A DNA stretch of 55,213 nucleotides from a virus. Taxonomy: Duplodnaviria; Caudoviricetes. The stretch covers positions 1-55,213 of IMG/VR virus record IMGVR_UViG_3300042291_000512; one strand, given 5' to 3'. Position 1 is the first letter of the stretch. Each line of letters opens with the position of its first letter. The notes beneath the pieces are model-generated. The model was not told the origin of the DNA. It ran no database searches and saw nothing but the letters and a program-made list of their open reading frames with translations. Shown in pieces: positions 49,358 to 55,213 of this stretch. A program made the position numbers and the translations under genes.

Positions 49358-50680
49358 ATGATTAAGCCTTTTTCAATTTTAGATACACGCTCTAAAGAAT
49401 GGCAGGAGCGTAAGCGATGGTGGATTAACACCTATAATATTCAATCGGAATTGGGTAGAGAGGATACCCAGTCCAGAGCTCGTTTTTGGGAAGATAATAC
49501 GGTATCTATCTTTGATGCAACTCTTTGTGAAAAAATGTATGAATGGTTTTGTCCAAAAGAAGGTAGAGTATTAGACCCATTTGCAGGTGGTAGTGTTAGA
49601 GGTATCGTTGCAACTGAAATGGGATACGTTTATAATGGTATTGACCTTTCGGATGAACAAGTTGAAGCTAATAAAAAACAATCTACAAAACCAACCTGGA
49701 TTACAGGAGATAGTGAATGGGTAATTGATGCTATACATGACAATACTCAGGATTTTGTATTTACTTGTCCACCATATTATGATTTAGAAAAATATACGGA
49801 TGACCCGGCTGACCTTTCAAATATGGATGTAGATTCATTTGATAAAAAATATTACTCTATTCTAAACAAAGCAGCTAGAAAATTAAAAAACGATAGATTC
49901 TTTGCAGTAGTAGTATCCGAAGTAAGAGAACAATCAGTAACCGGAAATTACAAAATCGGAAAGTATAGAGGATTGGTATGGAAAACGATTAGAGCCTGTG
50001 AGGAAGCGGGATTACACTTCTATAACGATATGATATTATTTAACTCTCAGCATCAGGCATCCAGAGTTGTTGATACCTATTTTGAAAGAAATCGTAAAAT
50101 AGCATCGGTTCATCAAAACATATTAATATTTGTAAAAGGAAACCCAGATATAGCAACTGAGGGTATAGTTAATGGTGATAATTACGTTTGTACTATTGAT
50201 GGTAATTCATATAGAAGTTTTAGAGAAGCTGCGATTACTATAAATCCAAATACATTAGTAGCTACTGAAATTGAAAGAAGATGTCGTTCAACTAAATCCA
50301 AATACAAAGAGTGGCAAATCATTGGTGAGGAAACAAAGCCTGAAATTAAATACGAAGTTGATGGAATTCCTTTTGAGAATCCAAAACAGGTAGCAGAATT
50401 GATTGGTGGTGATATGAGTGAATCAATGGTTAGAAACTACATAGAATCAAACAATCCCAAATACCGTCATTGGAAGAAAGTAGATGGTTGGGATATTACC
50501 TACAACGAAATGCAAGATTTGTGGGAAAGAAACATTACATTAGAATTACCTATCATAAGTTGTGATGGTAAAGAATTTTATTCAATTATAGATGCAGCCA
50601 ACTTCTTTGGTTGTTCAGATGAGCGTATTCGTCAAAAGCTCAAATCAGATAAACATACTGATTATATTTACATTTTCTAA
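49358..50680 (+). CDS. amino-DNA methyltransferase with three C-terminal NUMOD1-like repeats
   Basis: VLDPFAGG (motif I) precedes FTCPPYY (motif IV); repeats IDGNSYRSFREAA, VDGIPFENPKQVAE and CDGKEFYSIIDAA. Confidence 0.8.
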   Translation: MIKPFSILDTRSKEWQERKRWWINTYNIQSELGREDTQSRARFWEDNTVSIFDATLCEKMYEWFCPKEGRVLDPFAGGSVRGIVATEMGYVYNGIDLSDEQVEANKKQSTKPTWITGDSEWVIDAIHDNTQDFVFTCPPYYDLEKYTDDPADLSNMDVDSFDKKYYSILNKAARKLKNDRFFAVVVSEVREQSVTGNYKIGKYRGLVWKTIRACEEAGLHFYNDMILFNSQHQASRVVDTYFERNRKIASVHQNILIFVKGNPDIATEGIVNGDNYVCTIDGNSYRSFREAAITINPNTLVATEIERRCRSTKSKYKEWQIIGEETKPEIKYEVDGIPFENPKQVAELIGGDMSESMVRNYIESNNPKYRHWKKVDGWDITYNEMQDLWERNITLELPIISCDGKEFYSIIDAANFFGCSDERIRQKLKSDKHTDYIYIF

Positions 50681-50868
50681 AGAATTTTTTAGAAAAATTG
50701 TGTTTTCTCAAACTTTTATATATTTATTCATATAATAACGTATTTTATATGCGTTTTTCTATTGGTAACTGAATACTCACCTCTATGTGTAGTGAAAACA
50801 CCAATCAAAAAAATTCTATTTAAGCTCCAAATCTAATAGCTTAAGAAATCCGATAAATAAGGAAACAA

Positions 50869-51993
50869 ATGGCAAGTTCAAAATTGTTGAAAGAAGCAAT
50901 TGCTGATGCTAAAGCTGTACGTGAAACTGCTATCGCTAATGCTAAAATCGCACTAGAAGAAGCATTTACTCCTCGTTTACAATCTATCTTATCTCAAAAA
51001 TTACAAGCCGAAATGGAAGGTGATGAAGAAGATACAGAAGATGCAGTAAATGAAGATAATGATACTTCAAGTGAAATAGCTAAAGGTGATAACAAACAAC
51101 CTGCAGATAAAGCAAACTCAGCACAAACTGACCTAAGTGGTATCTCTAAGCAATCTGGTGAGCCAGGTAGTGAAGGTGAAGAAACTAAAGTTAGTGGCCT
51201 TACAGAAGGTGAAGATGAATTCGGAACTGAAGATGCAGCAGAAGATGCAGCAGAATTCGGTACTGAAGAAGCTCCAGCTACTGAAGGTGAAGATTTCGCT
51301 CCTGAAACTGACGAAGATGAATTAGATTTAGAATCTATCATCCGTGAGTTAGAAGCGCAAATCGCAGGTGAAGAAGGCGAAGAGGAAGAAATTCCTGCTG
51401 AAGCACCAGCTATGGAAGGTGAAGAAGCACCGGTTGAAGAACCAGTAGCATCTGCACCAACTGAAGAACCAGCAATAGAGGGTGAAGACCCAGCTATGGC
51501 TGATGATGAAATCGACTTAGACGAAATTCTAAGAGAAATGGGATACGGAGAAGATGAAGCTGAAGAAGAAACAGCTGATGATGCAACTGAAATGAAAGCT
51601 GAAGTAAGTAAATTACAAAGTGAATTAGAAGAAGCATTAGCAGTAATTAAATCTTTAAAAGGTACAATCAACGAAGTAAACCTTTTAAACGCTAAATTAC
51701 TTTACACAAACAAATTGTTCAGAAGTTATAACTTAACTAACGAACAAAAAGTTAAAGTTGTAGAAAATTTAGACAGAACTTCTAACGTAAGAGAAGTTAA
51801 ATTAGTTTACGCTACACTTTCTGAATCAATGAAATTTACAGGAACTGAAAGAAAAGTTGCTCAAGTTAAAAAGAACATTACCGAAGGTATTGCTTCTAAG
51901 GCTCAAGCTTCAACAGCTCCTAAAAAAGAAATCATCGCAGAAAGTAATGAATTAGCAAATCGCTTTAAGCAATTAGCTGGTATCATAAAATAA
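50869..51993 (+). CDS. prohead scaffolding protein (gp22-like)
   Basis: Very acidic centre, coiled coil and C-terminal RFKQLAGI; directly upstream of the major capsid gene. Confidence 0.85.
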   Translation: MASSKLLKEAIADAKAVRETAIANAKIALEEAFTPRLQSILSQKLQAEMEGDEEDTEDAVNEDNDTSSEIAKGDNKQPADKANSAQTDLSGISKQSGEPGSEGEETKVSGLTEGEDEFGTEDAAEDAAEFGTEEAPATEGEDFAPETDEDELDLESIIRELEAQIAGEEGEEEEIPAEAPAMEGEEAPVEEPVASAPTEEPAIEGEDPAMADDEIDLDEILREMGYGEDEAEEETADDATEMKAEVSKLQSELEEALAVIKSLKGTINEVNLLNAKLLYTNKLFRSYNLTNEQKVKVVENLDRTSNVREVKLVYATLSESMKFTGTERKVAQVKKNITEGIASKAQASTAPKKEIIAESNELANRFKQLAGIIK

Positions 51994-52017
51994 CAATCCA
52001 TAAAAAAATAAATAAAA

Positions 52018-53652
52018 ATGGCAAATTTTGATTTAAGCAAACTTATGGAAGGCAAGAACCCACAAGCAGTAATGTTGGCTGAAACACGTCAATTGAAAAG
52101 CAAATGGGAGAAAACAGGTCTTCTAGAAGGTATGAAAGAAAGAGACCAACACTCTATGGCAGTTCTATTAGAGAACCAAGCTAAGCAATTGTTGGATGAG
52201 GCAACTCAAACAGGTACATCATCAGGATCAGAAGAATGGTCTGGTGTTGCTTTACCATTAGTAAGAAGAATCTTCGGAGAAATCGCATCTAAGGAATTCG
52301 TAAGTGTACAACCTATGAACTTACCTTCAGGTCTTATCTTCTTCTTAGACTTCAAATATGGTTCTGCACAAGGTGGAGCAGGACAGTTTGGTGGTAAATC
52401 ACTTTTCGGTGGTACTAACGTAACTGGTTCAGCATCTAACTTTGGTAGAACTAATGCAGCTGAAGGTGGTTTATATGGTGAAGGCCGTTATGGTTATTCA
52501 GTAAATGATGCATCTATTGCAGCTTCAACAACTGCACAAGCTTCAGCTTCTTGGGTAGATTTAGGATTCGATTCTAACTATTCTCAATCAGTAGCTAACG
52601 TTGTAACAACTGGACGTTCAATCGTTAAGTTGACTATTCCTAAAGCTAACATTTCAGCAACTGCTGATACTGAAGCTGTACGTTCATTCCAAGTGGCTGG
52701 TGTACACTCTACTTTAGGTCAATTCAACTATGTATCTGGTACTAACGTTGTATTATTCGTATCTGCATCTTTAACTCAAAGAGCTGCATTAGCAGACGCA
52801 GGAGCAGCAACTGTAACTTATTCTGAAGTTCCTGTAGCTTATGACAGAGGTGATTTCGAAGATTCAACTGCAAATAGTGCTGGTAACACCACTACTGCTT
52901 TAGATATTCCTGAAATCGATCTTGAATTGAAATCAGAGGCTATCGTTGCTAAAACTCGTAAGTTGAAAGCAGTATGGACTCCTGAATTAGCGCAAGATTT
53001 GAACGCGTATCACTCAATTGATGCAGAAGCTGAATTAACTTCTATGTTATCTGATTATATCTCTTTAGAGATTGATTTAGAAATCTTAGATATGTTAAAG
53101 AGCAACGCATTAACTACTGAATACTGGTCAACTAACGTTGGTGAGGAATATGTAGGTGGTACTTGGTCAAACATTGGTGGTGCTTCTAACGCATACACTA
53201 AGAATGCATGGTTTCAAACATTAGGTGTTAAATTGAACAAAGTTTCTAACAAGATTCATCAATTAACATTAAGAGGTGGTGCTAACTTTATCGTTGCATC
53301 TCCAGATGTTTGTACTATTTTAGAATCAATTCCTGGTTTCGTTGTAAACGCTGATAAAGACGCTTTACAATTCGCAGCTGGTGTAACTTCAGTAGGTTCT
53401 ATGAGCAATAGATACACAGTTTACAAAAACCCTTACATGACTTCTAACGAAATCTTGATGGGTTATAGAGGTAACAACTTCTTAGAGACTGGTGCTGTTT
53501 ACGCTCCTTATGTTCCATTGATTATGACTCCATTAGTGTATGACCCTCAAAATTTCACTCCAAGACGCGGGGTGATGACGAGATACGCTAAGAAAATGGT
53601 CCGCCCTGAGTACTACGGAAAGATTTATGTTAAAGATTTAGCATCTATCTAA
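52018..53652 (+). CDS. g23: major capsid protein (T4 gp23-like)
   Basis: LLENQ, VSVQPMNLPSG, AKTRKLKAVWTPELAQDLNAYH, YAPYVPL and PRRGVMTRY. Confidence 0.97.
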   Translation: MANFDLSKLMEGKNPQAVMLAETRQLKSKWEKTGLLEGMKERDQHSMAVLLENQAKQLLDEATQTGTSSGSEEWSGVALPLVRRIFGEIASKEFVSVQPMNLPSGLIFFLDFKYGSAQGGAGQFGGKSLFGGTNVTGSASNFGRTNAAEGGLYGEGRYGYSVNDASIAASTTAQASASWVDLGFDSNYSQSVANVVTTGRSIVKLTIPKANISATADTEAVRSFQVAGVHSTLGQFNYVSGTNVVLFVSASLTQRAALADAGAATVTYSEVPVAYDRGDFEDSTANSAGNTTTALDIPEIDLELKSEAIVAKTRKLKAVWTPELAQDLNAYHSIDAEAELTSMLSDYISLEIDLEILDMLKSNALTTEYWSTNVGEEYVGGTWSNIGGASNAYTKNAWFQTLGVKLNKVSNKIHQLTLRGGANFIVASPDVCTILESIPGFVVNADKDALQFAAGVTSVGSMSNRYTVYKNPYMTSNEILMGYRGNNFLETGAVYAPYVPLIMTPLVYDPQNFTPRRGVMTRYAKKMVRPEYYGKIYVKDLASI

Positions 53653-53680
53653 TCTAAAGTAATTCTTAGATAATAAAATT

Positions 53681-53706
53681 GGGAAGAAGAAATTCTTCCC
53701 TTTTTT
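53681..53706 (+). terminator. rho-independent terminator after the capsid gene
   Basis: GGGAAGAA-gaaa-TTCTTCCC-TTTTTT. Confidence 0.9.
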
Positions 53707-53776
53707 ATGCTTATAGGTTTCTTAAACATTTTGATATTTATAGATGTTATAGTGTACACTAGATAATTAAATAAAA

Positions 53777-54115
53777 ATGAGCAAGCAGACAACACATCAA
53801 GTACTTCAAACTAAAAACGTATCTCAATTTACAAGTTATATGACAAGTGTAGGAACTAGAACAATATCACCTACATCTGCATCACTAAAAACGGAAACGT
53901 ATGCTAGTGGTGGAATTTCGTATGTAGCAAATGTAAACTCATTAAGTACTCAAATGATTAATGCCGGTTCATCTTCATTAGATGTATCGGAAATTGTGGG
54001 ATTATACGATATAAGATTAAACCCTGATTTGTATAGAAAATATCAATTGAATTACGCATTATCAACTGGTTCTACTTATAACGAAGCAGTAATGTGGTCT
54101 GTTAATAATTCATAA
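53777..54115 (+). CDS. Ser/Thr-rich hypothetical protein (stand-alone unit)
   Basis: 112 aa with its own ATATTTATA motif and terminator. Confidence 0.65.
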   Translation: MSKQTTHQVLQTKNVSQFTSYMTSVGTRTISPTSASLKTETYASGGISYVANVNSLSTQMINAGSSSLDVSEIVGLYDIRLNPDLYRKYQLNYALSTGSTYNEAVMWSVNNS

Positions 54116-54137
54116 TAACTTTCACAAAATATATACT

Positions 54138-54168
54138 AAAAGGAGATACTAATACTATCTCCTTTTTT
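54138..54168 (+). terminator. rho-independent terminator
   Basis: AAAAGGAGATA-ctaatac-TATCTCCTTTTTT. Confidence 0.85.
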
Positions 54169-54224
54169 ATTTTTACCCCTTTCCAACATTTTAATATTTA
54201 TAAGAGTATTAAACCGAATTACTT

Positions 54225-54605
54225 ATGGCAGCAGGAAAATACTCTTTTATAATAGAGCAAGGAGCAACAACAAATTTTCAAATCAATTGGAACGATGAAT
54301 CGGGTTCAGCAGTTGATTTGAGTGGTTATCAGGCCCGAATGCAAATCAGACCGGGTGTTGAATCATCTGATGTCTTTCTTTCACTATCATCATCCCTAAA
54401 TTCCGATAATACGGGAATCAATTTAAGTGGTTCTAATTTCATAACTCCATTGGCAAGTGGTTCAATTGGAGTATATATTTCTGCAGCATCTTCATCCGCA
54501 TTAAATTTTGGTGAAGCATTTTACGATTTAGAATTGGTAAAAGGTAATGAAGTTACGAGATTATTAGAAGGTAAAGTTAAGTTATCTAAAAACGTAACTC
54601 GATAG
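54225..54605 (+). CDS. Ig-like virion fibre-anchor protein
   Basis: IEQGAT...DLSGYQARMQIR...YDLEL...TRLLEGKV. Confidence 0.7.
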   Translation: MAAGKYSFIIEQGATTNFQINWNDESGSAVDLSGYQARMQIRPGVESSDVFLSLSSSLNSDNTGINLSGSNFITPLASGSIGVYISAASSSALNFGEAFYDLELVKGNEVTRLLEGKVKLSKNVTR

Positions 54606-54606
54606 G

Positions 54607-55213
54607 ATGTCAGTACAAATAAACAAAGATATAACAACTGTCCAAGTTGAAATCCCAAAAACCAATGTTGCAATTGAAACTGCAGTAACGGAAATAACTG
54701 TCCAAACTTCACAGCCGGAAATAATAATAGCAACGGCAGGAGTTCAAGGACCGGTAGGACCAAGAGGTTTTGATACTGGTACTTCAGGAACTTCTGGTAC
54801 AAGCGGAGTAACCGGCACATCGGGAACTTCTGGAATAGGAAGTAATGGTACATCGGGTACATCCGGTTCAAACGGTATAACTGGAGCAGGTGGTACGGCT
54901 GGTTCATCTGGAACATCAGGTTTAAATGGTACATTCTTTGGAAGTAGTGGAACATCTGGAGTAAGTGGAAGTGGTGGCACAAGTGGTACATCAGGAACTT
55001 CTGGAGTAAGTGGAAGTAGTGGGACTAGTGGTATAAGTGGTAGTGATGGTACAAGCGGCACATCTGGAACTTCTGGTACATCAGGAAGTAGTGGGACTAG
55101 TGGAGTAAGTGGAAGTAATGGCACATCAGGAACTTCTGGAACAAGCGGCACCTCTGGGACTACTGGACTTACAGCATTCATACCATTAAAAATATTTGAT
55201 GGTGGTAGTGCTG
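54607..55213 (+). CDS. fibre protein with (G-T-S)n repeats, truncated by the window end
   Basis: ATG at 54607: MSVQINKDITTVQVE...GVQGPVGPRGFDTGTSGTSGTSGV...; no stop before the window end. Confidence 0.85.
   Translation, partial: MSVQINKDITTVQVEIPKTNVAIETAVTEITVQTSQPEIIIATAGVQGPVGPRGFDTGTSGTSGTSGVTGTSGTSGIGSNGTSGTSGSNGITGAGGTAGSSGTSGLNGTFFGSSGTSGVSGSGGTSGTSGTSGVSGSSGTSGISGSDGTSGTSGTSGTSGSSGTSGVSGSNGTSGTSGTSGTSGTTGLTAFIPLKIFDGGSA
54778..55167 (+). repeat. degenerate 9-bp repeat encoding Gly-(Thr/Ser)-Ser
   Basis: ggaacttct/ggtacatca/ggcacaagt variants, synonymously diversified. Confidence 0.85.

Larger units (their letters stand above)
948..54202 (+). promoter_or_regulatory. recurrent putative late promoter ATA(T/C)TTAT(A), 16 intergenic copies
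   Basis: Copies start at 948, 5809, 12217, 17474, 19421, 20342, 25522, 34133, 37837, 38270, 41368, 43698, 45544, 50720, 53734 and 54194, each shortly upstream of a start codon. Confidence 0.75.

Noticed and set aside
92-49431. Many 60-140 aa minus-strand or alternate-frame ORFs in the track
   Set aside because: They overlap well-supported + strand genes and have no recognisable motifs
50994-51671. 225-aa Ser-rich minus-strand ORF
   Set aside because: Antisense shadow of the GAA/GAT-rich scaffold gene
54778-55167. Repeat array as a possible CRISPR
   Set aside because: 9-bp degenerate coding periodicity with no repeat-spacer structure
54521-55181. Minus-strand VPEVP-repeat and other ORFs
   Set aside because: Reverse-complement readings of the GTS repeat; the real gene is on + from 54607
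1-55213. Stop-codon reassignment, tRNA genes or a diversity-generating retroelement
   Set aside because: Genes tile densely under the standard code, with TAA, TAG and TGA all used as stops. I saw no cloverleaf, reverse transcriptase or template/variable repeat pair

Overview
This AT-rich window is part of a large T4-like (myovirus-type) phage genome, and almost every gene lies on the + strand. The host is probably a Bacteroidota member: there are three TTTG-N20-TAnnTTTG-type promoters and A-rich translation starts with little Shine-Dalgarno signal. Gene order is as follows. First come an Ntn-hydrolase, a baseplate spike, two cell-wall hydrolases (CHAP/NlpC-P60-like and GH19) and the baseplate wedge genes. 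Next is an inserted DNA module (GIY-YIG nuclease, primase, fused Mre11-Rad50, antisense RHH regulator). A 2719-aa tail fibre with an internal Hint domain follows, then its chaperone and a glycosylation cassette (GT4-methyltransferase-GT25 fusion plus an Aah/TibC-like protein O-glycosyltransferase). After that come a 1017-aa multidomain protein, terminase, portal, head cargo genes, prohead protease, an inserted DNA methyltransferase, scaffold, major capsid protein and a truncated GTS-repeat fibre. I saw no tRNA, rRNA or CRISPR array. There are two main candidate novel systems. (1) A phage-encoded virion O-glycosylation system, with [S/T]-[G/A/S]-S as the candidate sequon, strongly enriched in outer virion proteins. 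(2) Head-packaged zymogens and polyproteins released by the prohead protease at (I/L/V)-x-E sites. All family calls come from motifs recognised by eye, without database searches.
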